DNA of 43,534 nucleotides from a virus: UHGV virus genome UHGV-0803811; one strand, 5' to 3'. Shown piece by piece: positions 30,505 to 38,840 of this stretch (position 1 is its first letter; each line of letters starts with the position of its first letter). The notes under the pieces were generated by a model. It saw only the letters and a program-made list of their open reading frames with translations, ran no database searches and was not told where the DNA came from. The position numbers and the translations under genes were made by a program.

Positions 30505-31086
30505 ATGAACAACTCATGGTGGCAGGAACTAATGCATTTTTTCCTGCAAGGAATGACACTTAAACAGTTGATTCATATGCTAATCATCCTGATCATATTG
30601 ATTATTGTTATGCCTGTAAGCGTAAAAGAATGGATAAACCTGCATAATCCAGAAATCCTTCCTCATTACTGGATGTATTACATCCTGTTGTTTTGCGTTA
30701 GCTATGTGCTTAACGGCGTTGTTAATTCCGCTTATCACGCTGTGACTGAAAGAATTGAGATATTCGCTGCTCAGAAGCGCAAATCTAAAGAAGAGAAATA
30801 CGTGCAAGATTTGTTTGATTCGTTAACTCTTGGAGAAAGAGCGTATTTGGCATTCGCTGTAGCCGCTAATAACCAGCTAAAGACAGAAAAGGGAAGCCCT
30901 GAAGCAATCTCATTGCTCGAAAAAGGGCTTCTTATTCGGGTACCTTCTGCTACCGGATATCCTGAAATCGACCGTTTTGTTATCCCGGAACGCTATAGAA
31001 ATGAGTGCTACATTAGGTTTGCTGGGAAGAAAGACAGTCTTATGGATGAACTTATCGCTCAGGATAAGCATGGCAAAAACAAGTAA
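30505..31086 (+). CDS. sieB: SieB-like superinfection exclusion membrane protein
   Basis: 193-aa ORF with an N-terminal hydrophobic segment, located next to N as sieB is in lambda; identification from memory of length and position, not alignment; AT-rich. Confidence 0.45.
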   Translation: MNNSWWQELMHFFLQGMTLKQLIHMLIILIILIIVMPVSVKEWINLHNPEILPHYWMYYILLFCVSYVLNGVVNSAYHAVTERIEIFAAQKRKSKEEKYVQDLFDSLTLGERAYLAFAVAANNQLKTEKGSPEAISLLEKGLLIRVPSATGYPEIDRFVIPERYRNECYIRFAGKKDSLMDELIAQDKHGKNK

Positions 31087-31102
31087 TTAGCAAATTAATT
31101 TA

Positions 31103-31375
31103 TCATCTCGCCGTCAGTTGTTTTGATTTCCGGTAGCCTGCCGCGTAAAGAGCTACGTTCGGAAGACAAGTTGAACCTTCATATTTTCTGGTCAACGTTG
31201 TCAGAGTTATAACTTCTGCTCTCATTGCTGGTTTGCGCTTGCATTGCAAGACCACTCGTGAAGGGGTTGGTCTGTGTAGCTTGTCGGAGCTGATCGCCTC
31301 CTGACTTTGCAGATTTGCGCGACGGGCTCTACGGCGAGAAGCTGCGGTGCCTTTAAATTTTGTTTTTCTGGACAT
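31103..31375 (-). CDS. N: N-like transcription antiterminator
   Basis: 90-aa basic protein with arginine-rich motif AASRRRARRANLQSQ near the N-terminus (compare lambda N RRRERRAEKQAQW); GGGAGG RBS; nutL upstream. Confidence 0.6.
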   Translation of the reverse strand: MSRKTKFKGTAASRRRARRANLQSQEAISSDKLHRPTPSRVVLQCKRKPAMRAEVITLTTLTRKYEGSTCLPNVALYAAGYRKSKQLTAR

Positions 31376-31473
31376 AGATTCCTCCCGAATAAACTTTGGC
31401 GATGCAATCTCGAAGCTCCTCCTGAGACGGTTGCTTCGGCATTGCATCCCACAGCTTATGTGGTTGGGTGATC

Positions 31474-31520
31474 TGGCTTTTCAGCCACGTAGTCGAGAGT
31501 TCGACGTTGTTTAAAGAGCC
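31474..31520 (-). promoter_or_regulatory. nutL (boxA ggctcttta + boxB hairpin uggc-ugaaaa-gcca)
   Basis: The minus-strand sequence parallels nutR at 33976-34022: same boxA-like element, same spacer words (aacaacg, ctacgt) and a GAAAA-loop boxB. Confidence 0.6.
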
Positions 31521-31559
31521 TGCCAGTCTGTTCCGTTTGGCTTCCAGCGTCCTGCTGAT

Positions 31560-31700
31560 GGTGATAATAATGAACTATTGGTTCGATATAATCAAGAACC
31601 ATAAGTACGAAAATTTTGTTGTTCATTCGTTTTCTCGAGATATGGTTTTGATATATAAGGTATTTTATTTTTGTAAATGTTGAGGATGAAGGTGATGGGG
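31560..31700 (-). promoter_or_regulatory. probable pL/OL region
   Basis: AT-rich; contains aaccataagtacgaaaa (31598-31614), which recurs in the cI-cro intergenic region; located upstream of nutL on the minus strand. Confidence 0.3.
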
Positions 31701-31792
31701 CAGGGATAAGGGTTGCACTGTTTAGCAAGTTGTATCTATCAGTTTTTCAATAAATACAATCGATTATGTGTTTTTAGGTGGGCGAACGTTGG

Positions 31793-31820
31793 ACAAAGAA
31801 AACCCGGCACTGAGGCCGGG
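31793..31820 (-). terminator. intrinsic terminator ending the cI-linked operon
   Basis: Minus-strand RNA hairpin cccggc-cucagu-gccggg followed by UUUUCUUUG, 6 nt after the ORF-B stop. Confidence 0.6.
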
Positions 31821-31826
31821 TGTGTA

Positions 31827-32510
31827 TTAGGGGGTTGAGACTCCAGAGAGCAATCCGTAGATTTTATATACAGTAAATGCTAATGCTGGCAAGCCAAGGG
31901 CCCATTTGATTATATCAAGCTTAACATCACTAAGCTTACCTTCTAACTTTGCCTCTTGAACAGAAAGAGCTGCATCGATCTTTTTTGATTGGGAGTCAAG
32001 GGCACTCTCAATTCTACTCGATTGTATGTCCAGACGACTGTTGATTTGTTCGTGCTGAGTAACAACTAAATGCTTCATCTCCTTTATATCTGAAGCCATT
32101 AGTTCACGCCATTTGGCCATATCAGCCTGCATTTTTGAGGCCACTGCATCCACTTCAGCTTTATTTGCCTTCAGAAGTGCCTGTATTTCGTTTCTGCTCA
32201 AATCGGACATTGCGGTTCCCTGTATAGGAGTTTCCTCGTACGGTGGGATAACATTAGATTGTCCTTTACAATCGGCAACCCCTCCTTTATCTACGATTGT
32301 AGCAGTTAGCTGGGAATTGGTCGCATCATCCACCATGTTTTTTGGTGAATAAGAGGAAATAGGCGTAGAAAACAGATTACCTTTTGCTGTTTCCATGAAC
32401 ATCATGAAATCGCGAGTATTAACGTTATTCAGGGAAACTTGCAGTGGTTTAACAATACTTGATGTTTTGTAAGTAATAGTTAAATCACCTACTTCTTCCG
32501 GTTGTTGCAT
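31827..32510 (-). CDS. unrecognised protein B: N-terminal domain + long coiled coil + C-terminal hydrophobic anchor
   Basis: 227-aa ORF; ATG overlaps the stop of ORF-A (TAATG); heptad-like region NEIQALLKANKAEVDAVASKMQADMAKWRELM...; C-terminus IIKWALGLPALAFTVYKIYGLLSGVSTP. Confidence 0.6.
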   Translation of the reverse strand: MQQPEEVGDLTITYKTSSIVKPLQVSLNNVNTRDFMMFMETAKGNLFSTPISSYSPKNMVDDATNSQLTATIVDKGGVADCKGQSNVIPPYEETPIQGTAMSDLSRNEIQALLKANKAEVDAVASKMQADMAKWRELMASDIKEMKHLVVTQHEQINSRLDIQSSRIESALDSQSKKIDAALSVQEAKLEGKLSDVKLDIIKWALGLPALAFTVYKIYGLLSGVSTP

Positions 32511-32830
32511 TACGACTTCGCTCCATTAGAGTTTTGTGCCTCTAATTGTTCGAAAAGAAGAACTATATTCTCTTGAAGAGCCTTTAGTTGTGCCATTGGC
32601 ATTATCACAGTGCATTGCTGATTGAGTTCATTTACAGAGCCTATCTGCATATTCGCTCTACCTGGTTGATCTGGTATATCATTTTGGGATAGTACCGCAG
32701 GTATTGACTTGTTTGCGATAAAATGTATACAAATGAGATTTTTTTCCGCTCCCGGTAGTGGAGCAAAACTAGCGAAGTCCGCATAGGTTTCAATATAATC
32801 CACAGATGGTTTAATTTTGACCGGTTCCAT
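32510..32830 (-). CDS. unrecognised small soluble protein A, co-transcribed downstream of cI
   Basis: 106-aa ORF from an ATG 5 nt after GAGAGG (track ORF extends to 32845); 123 bp downstream of the cI stop on the same strand. Confidence 0.55.
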   Translation of the reverse strand: MEPVKIKPSVDYIETYADFASFAPLPGAEKNLICIHFIANKSIPAVLSQNDIPDQPGRANMQIGSVNELNQQCTVIMPMAQLKALQENIVLLFEQLEAQNSNGAKS

Positions 32831-32953
32831 AACGCCTCTCATCAAATATTGTAGGTTTTTTAATTCAATGTGTTAAATGTTGGTGGTGTGTTATTTAAAG
32901 TTATTTTGACATCCTCCACGCCCTGAAGGACGGGGCTTGTCGCGTACTTGAAG

Positions 32954-33661
32954 TCACAAACTTTTCAGCCACTCCCTTGCCTCGATGTCATCCAGATGAC
33001 GAGATTGCTTCAGAATACCAGCCACATACTCCACCTTTGCTACTTGATGATAAGGTAACGTTATTGGCCTGTGGTCCTGGTTGATGCTTGTAAATTGGTA
33101 TTCTCCATCTCTGTCATAGCCAAGAATCTTGATCATGTTGTGTCCTTCAACGGTTCTGACAAACACCTCATCCCCCGGGAATACTTTGGTGTTAGGCTCA
33201 ATGAGTACATATTCTCCTGATTTTATTCTGGGCCACATGCTGTCTCCTTTCACACGAAGACCAAAGGCATCTGGATCATCACTATAAATCTTGAGCCACC
33301 CATCGCGCTCTTCGGTCATCTCGATGGCACCATCAACACCAAGAATTGCCTCACCAACCACGCGCACTAACCCTTTTTTTAATTTGCCAACAAATGAAAG
33401 AGTATCTTCATCATTCGCTCCATTTAACGAAGTGCCGTGCTGAAGCCAAACAACATCAACGTTTAGAAATTTCGCAAGCGCATTCATTTTTTCCTGACGC
33501 GGTAAAGACTCAGCATTAAACCATTTGCTAACGCCTTTGGACGAAAGAGAAAGGGCACGGGCTATGGCCATACCCCTACCATGTTCATCAAGACCAGCTT
33601 CTTTACAGGCTTGCGCTAGCCGCTGGGCGAATTCTTTGCGCACTTTTTCATTCTGAACCAT
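32954..33661 (-). CDS. cI: cI-like repressor (HTH + LexA/S24 peptidase-like C-terminal domain)
   Basis: 235-aa ORF divergent from cro; C-terminal region with GDSMWPRIKSGEYVLIEP and a downstream Lys typical of autocleaving repressors. Confidence 0.9.
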   Translation of the reverse strand: MVQNEKVRKEFAQRLAQACKEAGLDEHGRGMAIARALSLSSKGVSKWFNAESLPRQEKMNALAKFLNVDVVWLQHGTSLNGANDEDTLSFVGKLKKGLVRVVGEAILGVDGAIEMTEERDGWLKIYSDDPDAFGLRVKGDSMWPRIKSGEYVLIEPNTKVFPGDEVFVRTVEGHNMIKILGYDRDGEYQFTSINQDHRPITLPYHQVAKVEYVAGILKQSRHLDDIEAREWLKSL

Positions 33662-33740
33662 GAGTACGATACTAAAGCACTTGCAAAAACTTTCAGTTCA
33701 ACCATAATGCGTACTAAAAGTACGAAAAAGGGATATTCCT
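33662..33740. promoter_or_regulatory. OR / divergent pRM-pR region
   Basis: 79-bp cI-cro intergenic region with palindrome cgtact-aaa-agtacg (33710-33724), a further gtacg at 33664, and candidate pR -35 ttgcaa with ataatg about 17 bp downstream. Confidence 0.5.
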
Positions 33741-33968
33741 ATGCAAAATCTTGATGAGCCGATTAAAGGTGTCGGCATCCCTGAAGTTGCGAAGGCTTGT
33801 GGAGTTAGCGAAAGGGCTGTCTATAAGTGGCTCAAAAACGGCTTCCTCCCTAAGACTGAGTTTTTTGGGAAAACGAAATACGCCTCAAAAATCGAAGAGA
33901 TTTCTGGTGGCAAATATCAAGCAAGCGAATTGCTTGAAATAAGCAAAAAGAACCTTCTGGCAGCATAA
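33741..33968 (+). CDS. cro: Cro-like HTH repressor
   Basis: 75-aa ORF divergent from cI with HTH (VAKACGVSERAVYKWLKNG). Confidence 0.75.
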   Translation: MQNLDEPIKGVGIPEVAKACGVSERAVYKWLKNGFLPKTEFFGKTKYASKIEEISGGKYQASELLEISKKNLLAA

Positions 33969-33975
33969 GTAACCC

Positions 33976-34022
33976 CGCTCTTTGTAACAACGGACATTCG
34001 TCCTACGTCGCTGAAAAGCGAG
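33976..34022 (+). promoter_or_regulatory. nutR (boxA cgctcttt + boxB hairpin tcgc-tgaaaa-gcga)
   Basis: boxA consensus-like octamer at 33976-33983; GAAAA-loop hairpin at 34008-34021; mirrors nutL. Confidence 0.6.
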
Positions 34023-34106
34023 TCCCAAGATATCTGACCAACTAAGGCCATATGCGTTTCCACGCATACCTTTCAACTAACTATTCACTATTGAAAATCT
34101 TAAGAA

Positions 34107-34403
34107 ATGGAAAGAACAAGTTACAGCAAACTATCACAGCGTGACGTTGATCGCGCAGAAACAGATTTACTTATCAATCTGTCAACTATTACCCAGCGCG
34201 GTCTGGCAAAGATGATTGGCTGTCATGAATCGAAGATAAGCAGAACGGACTGGCGGTTTATTGCTTCGGTCCTGTGTGCTTTCGGAATGGCATCAGACAT
34301 CAGTCCGATTAGCAGGGCTTTTAAGTATGCGCTTGATGAAATCACAAAGAAAAAATCCCCGGCTGCCACCGAGGATTTTAAGCAAATTGATATGCAATTC
34401 TGA
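34107..34403 (+). CDS. cII: cII-like transcriptional activator
   Basis: 98-aa ORF; C-terminus KKSPAATEDFKQIDMQF resembles remembered lambda CII C-terminus KKRPAATERSEQIQMEF. Confidence 0.8.
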   Translation: MERTSYSKLSQRDVDRAETDLLINLSTITQRGLAKMIGCHESKISRTDWRFIASVLCAFGMASDISPISRAFKYALDEITKKKSPAATEDFKQIDMQF

Positions 34404-34435
34404 GGGAACTACTGGATCAATCCACAGGAGTCATT

Positions 34436-35335
34436 ATGACAAATACAGCAAAAATACTCAACTTCGGCAGAGGTAACTTTGCCGGACAGGAGCGTAATGT
34501 GGCAGATCTCGATGATGGTTACGCCAGACTATCAAATATGCTGCTTGAGGCTTATTCGGGCGCAGATCTGACCAAGCGACAATTTAAAGTGCTGCTTGCC
34601 ATTCTGCGTAAAACCTATGGGTGGAATAAACCAATGGACAGAATCACCGATTCTCAACTTAGCGAGATTACAAAGTTACCTGTCAAACGGTGCAATGAAG
34701 CCAAGTTAGAACTCGTCAGAATGAATATTATCAAGCAGCAAGGCGGCATGTTTGGACCAAATAAAAACATCTCAGAATGGTGTATCCCTCAAAACGAGGG
34801 AAAATCCCCTAAAACGAGGGATAAAACATCCCTCAAATTGGGGGATTGCTATCCCTCAAAACAGGGGAACACAAAAGACACTATTACAAAAGAAAAAAGA
34901 AAAGATTATTCGTCAGAGAATTCTGGCGAATCCTCTAACCAGCCAGAAAACGATCTTCCTGTGGAGAAACCAGATGCTGCAATTCAGCGCGGCAGCAAGT
35001 GGGGGACAGCAGAAGACCTGACCGCCGCAGAGTGGATGTTTGACATGGTGAAGACTATCGCACCATCAGCCAGAAAACCGAATTTTGCTGGGTGGGCTAA
35101 CGATATCCGCCTGATGCGTGAACGTGACGGACGCAACCATCGCGACATGTGTGTACTGTTCCGCTGGGCATGCCAGGACAACTTCTGGTCCGGTAACGTG
35201 CTTAGCCCGGCCAAACTCCGCGACAAGTGGACCCAGCTCGAAATCAACCGTAACAAGCAACAGGCAGTCGTGACAGCCAGCAAACCAAAACTGGACCTGA
35301 CAAACACAGACTGGATTTACGGGGTGGATCTATGA
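34436..35335 (+). CDS. O: replication initiator O (lambda-like)
   Basis: 299-aa ORF appearing near-identical to remembered lambda O; contains the ori iterons. Confidence 0.9.
   Translation: MTNTAKILNFGRGNFAGQERNVADLDDGYARLSNMLLEAYSGADLTKRQFKVLLAILRKTYGWNKPMDRITDSQLSEITKLPVKRCNEAKLELVRMNIIKQQGGMFGPNKNISEWCIPQNEGKSPKTRDKTSLKLGDCYPSKQGNTKDTITKEKRKDYSSENSGESSNQPENDLPVEKPDAAIQRGSKWGTAEDLTAAEWMFDMVKTIAPSARKPNFAGWANDIRLMRERDGRNHRDMCVLFRWACQDNFWSGNVLSPAKLRDKWTQLEINRNKQQAVVTASKPKLDLTNTDWIYGVDL
34785..34910. repeat. ori-lambda-like origin: four iterons plus AT-rich tract inside O
   Basis: tccctcaaaacgaggga, tcccctaaaacgaggga, tccctcaaattggggga, tccctcaaaacagggga, then aaaagacactattacaaaagaaaaaagaaaagattatt. 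Confidence 0.8.
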
Positions 35336-36033
35336 AAAACATCGCCGCACAGATGGTTAACTTTGACCGTGAGCAGATGCGTCGGATCGCCAACAACATG
35401 CCGGAACAGTACGACGAAAAGCCGCAGGTACAGCAGGTTGCGCAGATCATCAACGGTGTGTTCAGCCAGTTACTGGCAACTTTCCCGGCGAGTCTGGCTA
35501 ACCGTGACCAGAACGAACTGAACGAAATCCGCCGCCAGTGGGTTCTGGCTTTCCGGGAAAACGGGATCACCACAATGGAACAGGTTAACGCAGGAATGCG
35601 CGTAGCCCGTCGGCAGAATCGACCATTTCTGCCATCACCCGGGCAGTTTGTTGCATGGTGCCGGGAAGAAGCATCCGTTATCGCCGGACTGCCAAACGTC
35701 AGCGAGCTGGTTGATATGGTTTACGAGTATTGCCGGAAGCGAGGCCTGTATCCGGATGCAGAGTCTTATCCGTGGAAATCGAACGCGCACTACTGGCTGG
35801 TTACCAACCTGTATCAGAACATGCGGGCCAATGCGCTTACTGATGCGGAATTACGCCGTAAGGCCGCAGATGAGCTTGTCCATATGACTGCGAGAATTAA
35901 CCGTGGTGAGGCGATCCCTGAACCAGTAAAACAACTTCCTGTCATGGGCGGTAGACCTCTAAATCGTGCACAGGCTCTGGCGAAGATCGCAGAACTCAAA
36001 GCTAAGTTCGGACTGAAAGGAGCAAGTGTATGA
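35332..36033 (+). CDS. P: replication protein P (helicase loader, lambda-like)
   Basis: 233-aa ORF starting MKNIAAQMVNFDREQMRRIANNMPEQYDEKPQ..., as remembered for lambda P. Confidence 0.9.
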   Translation: MKNIAAQMVNFDREQMRRIANNMPEQYDEKPQVQQVAQIINGVFSQLLATFPASLANRDQNELNEIRRQWVLAFRENGITTMEQVNAGMRVARRQNRPFLPSPGQFVAWCREEASVIAGLPNVSELVDMVYEYCRKRGLYPDAESYPWKSNAHYWLVTNLYQNMRANALTDAELRRKAADELVHMTARINRGEAIPEPVKQLPVMGGRPLNRAQALAKIAELKAKFGLKGASV

Positions 36034-36320
36034 CGGGCAAAGAGGCAATTATTCATTACCTGGGGACGCATAATAGCTTCTGTGCGCCGGACGTTGCCGC
36101 GCTAACAGGCGCAACAGTAACCAGCATAAATCAGGCCGCGGCTAAAATGGCACGGGCAGGTCTTCTGGTTATCGAAGGTAAGGTCTGGCGAACGGTGTAT
36201 TACCGGTTTGCTACCAAGGAAGAACGGGAAGGAAAGATGAGCACGAACCTAATTTTTAAGGAGTGTCGCCAGAGTGCCGCGATGAAACGGGTATTGGCGG
36301 TATATGGAGTTAAAAGGTGA
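36030..36320 (+). CDS. ren: Ren-like protein
   Basis: 96-aa ORF immediately after P, as in lambda. Confidence 0.75.
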   Translation: MTGKEAIIHYLGTHNSFCAPDVAALTGATVTSINQAAAKMARAGLLVIEGKVWRTVYYRFATKEEREGKMSTNLIFKECRQSAAMKRVLAVYGVKR

Positions 36321-36345
36321 CCATCTACATCACTGAGCTAATAAC

Positions 36346-36375
36346 AGGCCTGCTGGTAATCGCAGGCCTTTTTAT
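36346..36375 (+). terminator. intrinsic terminator after ren (tR2-like)
   Basis: 8-bp stem aggcctgc/gcaggcct followed by tttttat. Confidence 0.6.
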
Positions 36376-36392
36376 TTGGGGGAGAGTAAATC

Positions 36393-36599
36393 GTGGTTGA
36401 GTTGATTTTTTCTGCATTGAGGATTCTCGGTGCTATGTGGATGGTGTCGACGTTCATTGCGGTTGTCGGAAGTTTTGTCCGGTTGGTAGGCGAAGGTAAA
36501 GACCTGGTGGGTGTGCTGTTCGGTAGCATTCTCCTGTGGGTGATTATCGGTGTTGCGCCTGTCGCTGTAGCAAAAATGGCGTGGCGTTTTGTGAGTTGA
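36393..36599 (+). CDS. small hydrophobic protein (nin region)
   Basis: 68-aa ORF, GTG start after GGAGAG, two hydrophobic segments. Confidence 0.4.
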   Translation: MVELIFSALRILGAMWMVSTFIAVVGSFVRLVGEGKDLVGVLFGSILLWVIIGVAPVAVAKMAWRFVS

Positions 36600-36600
36600 G

Positions 36601-37053
36601 GTGACAATGAAGCAAATATACATGCTTCGCAACGAAGCAATCAGAAACAACGCCATAGACGCAATACTCTCACTTCCGATCGACGACAAGTCACCTCACG
36701 AAGTCCACATTAAAGAACCAAAGCGGAGCAATCCTCAAAACCGCCTTATGTGGGCGTTATTGCAGGACGTATCACGTCAGGTGCTTTGGCATGGACAGAG
36801 ACTTGCGCCGGAGGACTGGAAAGACCTGTTCACTGCCCTGTGGCTTAAGACCAAAAAACTGGAGCAACGAAGTGTGCCTGGTATCGATGGTGGCGTTGTC
36901 ATGCTTGGCGTGCGTACCAGCAAAATGCGAAAGGCCAGCATGACTGAGCTTATCGAAATCATGTTTTGGTTCGGCTCAGAGCGCAACGTGCGGTGGAGTG
37001 ATGACTCCCGGCGAGAGTATGAATGGTCACAACGAAAAGGTAGGGCTGCATGA
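36601..37053 (+). CDS. ninB: NinB/Orf-family recombination protein
   Basis: 150-aa ORF; C-terminal ...[23 protein letters not shown] resembles the remembered lambda NinB C-terminus. Confidence 0.8.
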   Translation: MTMKQIYMLRNEAIRNNAIDAILSLPIDDKSPHEVHIKEPKRSNPQNRLMWALLQDVSRQVLWHGQRLAPEDWKDLFTALWLKTKKLEQRSVPGIDGGVVMLGVRTSKMRKASMTELIEIMFWFGSERNVRWSDDSRREYEWSQRKGRAA

Positions 37054-37577
37054 CTATCAAATCAAATACACCAGCACACGACAAGGACTGCTGGCAAACG
37101 CCGCTTTGGCTTTTTGATGCGCTGGATATTGAGTTTGGATTCTGGCTGGATTCAGCTGCGAGCGACAAAAATGCTCTGTGCGCTCACTGGCTAACTGAGG
37201 CCGACGACGCACTCAATTCTGAGTGGATAAGCCACGGTGCAATCTGGAATAACCCACCGTACAGCAATATCAGGCCGTGGGTGGAAAAAGCCGCTGAGCA
37301 GTGCATACAACAGCGACAGACGGTAGTGATGCTTGTGCCAGAGGATATGTCTGTCGGATGGTTCAGCAAGGCTCTGGAGAGTGTTGACGAAGTTCGTATT
37401 ATCACTGATGGACGGATTAATTTTATCGAACCATCGACAGGGCTGGAGAAGAAGGGAAACAGCAAAGGTTCCATGCTGCTGATTTGGCGACCGTTCATCA
37501 GTCCTCGACGGATGTTTACTACCGTATCCAAAGCGGCATTGATGGCGATCGGGCAGGGCGTCAGGAGGGCGGCATGA
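37050..37577 (+). CDS. phage DNA N6-adenine methyltransferase (Dam-like)
   Basis: 175-aa ORF with the NPPY catalytic motif (IWNNPPYS). Confidence 0.8.
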   Translation: MTIKSNTPAHDKDCWQTPLWLFDALDIEFGFWLDSAASDKNALCAHWLTEADDALNSEWISHGAIWNNPPYSNIRPWVEKAAEQCIQQRQTVVMLVPEDMSVGWFSKALESVDEVRIITDGRINFIEPSTGLEKKGNSKGSMLLIWRPFISPRRMFTTVSKAALMAIGQGVRRAA

Positions 37578-37750
37578 GACGACAGCGACGAAGTATCACC
37601 GACATCATCTGCGAAAACTGCAAATACCTTCCAACGAAACGCTCCGGAAATAAACGCAAGCCAATCCCAAAAGAATCTGACGTAAAAACCTTCAACTACA
37701 CGGCTCACCTGTGGGATATCCGGTGGCTAAGACATCGTGCGAGGAAATGA
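37574..37750 (+). CDS. ninE: NinE-like protein
   Basis: 58-aa [35 protein letters not shown]..., as remembered for lambda NinE; the track's longer ORF (from 37484) overlaps the methyltransferase. Confidence 0.7.
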   Translation: MRRQRRSITDIICENCKYLPTKRSGNKRKPIPKESDVKTFNYTAHLWDIRWLRHRARK

Positions 37751-37752
37751 CA

Positions 37753-38112
37753 ATGGATTATTCACAGTTAAGTGATTTTGAAATTAACGTGGCGGTATTC
37801 GAAGCCATTCATAACGGATCACCGGATTACAAAGAAGGTGAGAATGGCGCGATGGTGTTTATCTCATTTGAGGGAGACATTGTAAACGGAGACGCAGTTG
37901 AAGTAGAAGTTGAGCGCGGATCCTTTAACCCATGCGCAAACCCAGCAGACGCATGGCCGATTATTGAAAAATACAGGATTAGCATTATCAATCTCGATGA
38001 AGACGAGTGGGGTGCACGCGGTGTGGCCTACTGTAAATCTAAGCGAGCTATACATGAAAATCCCCTCCGCGCCGCCATGATTGTCTTTCTCATGATGCAG
38101 AGAATCCAATAA
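37753..38112 (+). CDS. hypothetical nin-region protein (NinX/DUF2591-like?)
   Basis: ATG at 37753 6 nt after GAGGAA; the family name is a weak recollection. Confidence 0.4.
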   Translation: MDYSQLSDFEINVAVFEAIHNGSPDYKEGENGAMVFISFEGDIVNGDAVEVEVERGSFNPCANPADAWPIIEKYRISIINLDEDEWGARGVAYCKSKRAIHENPLRAAMIVFLMMQRIQ

Positions 38113-38288
38113 TGCTTAGCCCATCCCAATCCATTCAATACCAGAAAGAAAGCGTCGAGCGAGCTTTAACGTGCGCTAATTGCGGTCAGAAGCTGCATGT
38201 GCTGGAAGTTCACGTGTGTGAGCACTGCTGTGCAGAACTGATGAGCGATCCGAATAGCTCAATGCACGAGGAAGAAGATGATGAGTGA
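38112..38288 (+). CDS. ninF: NinF-like small Cys-rich protein (below the track cutoff)
   Basis: 58-aa ORF MLSPSQSIQYQKESVERALTCANCGQKLHVLEVHVCEHCCAELMSDPNSSMHEEEDDE; ATG overlaps the previous stop (TAATG). Confidence 0.7.
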   Translation: MLSPSQSIQYQKESVERALTCANCGQKLHVLEVHVCEHCCAELMSDPNSSMHEEEDDE

Positions 38289-38550
38289 TTTCTCTGAGCT
38301 TATTTCCTTCAAAAAAGACAGAGAAGAAATGCGGACTGAATCTGTCTATTACGTTCAACACCGGAATAAACGCTCGGTGCTTGATCAGGAGTTGGTTATT
38401 ACCGGAGACCTGGCATTCAGAACATATAAGGCCAGCATGGAAATGAAGGATTTCCCTAAATGTGGTTCTGAAAGAGAAGCCGCGTTAAAGCTGGCTGAGT
38501 GGATGCAGAGAATGGCTGCTGCAATTGAGAATTACTGGAGTGAACCATAA
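38278..38550 (+). CDS. hypothetical nin-region protein
   Basis: 90-aa ORF overlapping the ninF end. Confidence 0.45.
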   Translation: MMSDFSELISFKKDREEMRTESVYYVQHRNKRSVLDQELVITGDLAFRTYKASMEMKDFPKCGSEREAALKLAEWMQRMAAAIENYWSEP

Positions 38551-38840
38551 TGGCTAACCTACGCAAAGAAGCGCGCGGCAGAGAATGCCAGGTACGTATT
38601 TACGGCGTATGCAATGGCAATCCTGAAACTACAGTTCTGGCACATTACCGGATGGCTGGAATTTGCGGAACGGGAATGAAGCCTGACGACCTGATCGGCG
38701 CATGGGCTTGTAGCGCGTGTCACGATGAAATCGACCGACGCACCCATAACCTCGACAACAAAGACGCCAGACTTTACCACCTCGAAGGCGTGATCAGGAC
38801 GCAGGCGATACTGCTGAAGGAGGGGAAGATTAAGCCATGA
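38550..38840 (+). CDS. DUF1364/YbcO-like Cys-rich protein
   Basis: 96-aa ORF; RGRECQVRIYGVCNGNPETTVLAH...CSACHDEIDRR pattern recalled from YbcO-like prophage proteins. Confidence 0.55.
   Translation: MANLRKEARGRECQVRIYGVCNGNPETTVLAHYRMAGICGTGMKPDDLIGAWACSACHDEIDRRTHNLDNKDARLYHLEGVIRTQAILLKEGKIKP

Noticed and set aside
31456-31728. 90-aa minus-strand ORF and 71-aa plus-strand ORF between N and the cI-linked operon
   Set aside because: The region carries nutL (boxA/boxB) and the probable pL/OL elements; the ORFs lack RBSs and overlap these sites.
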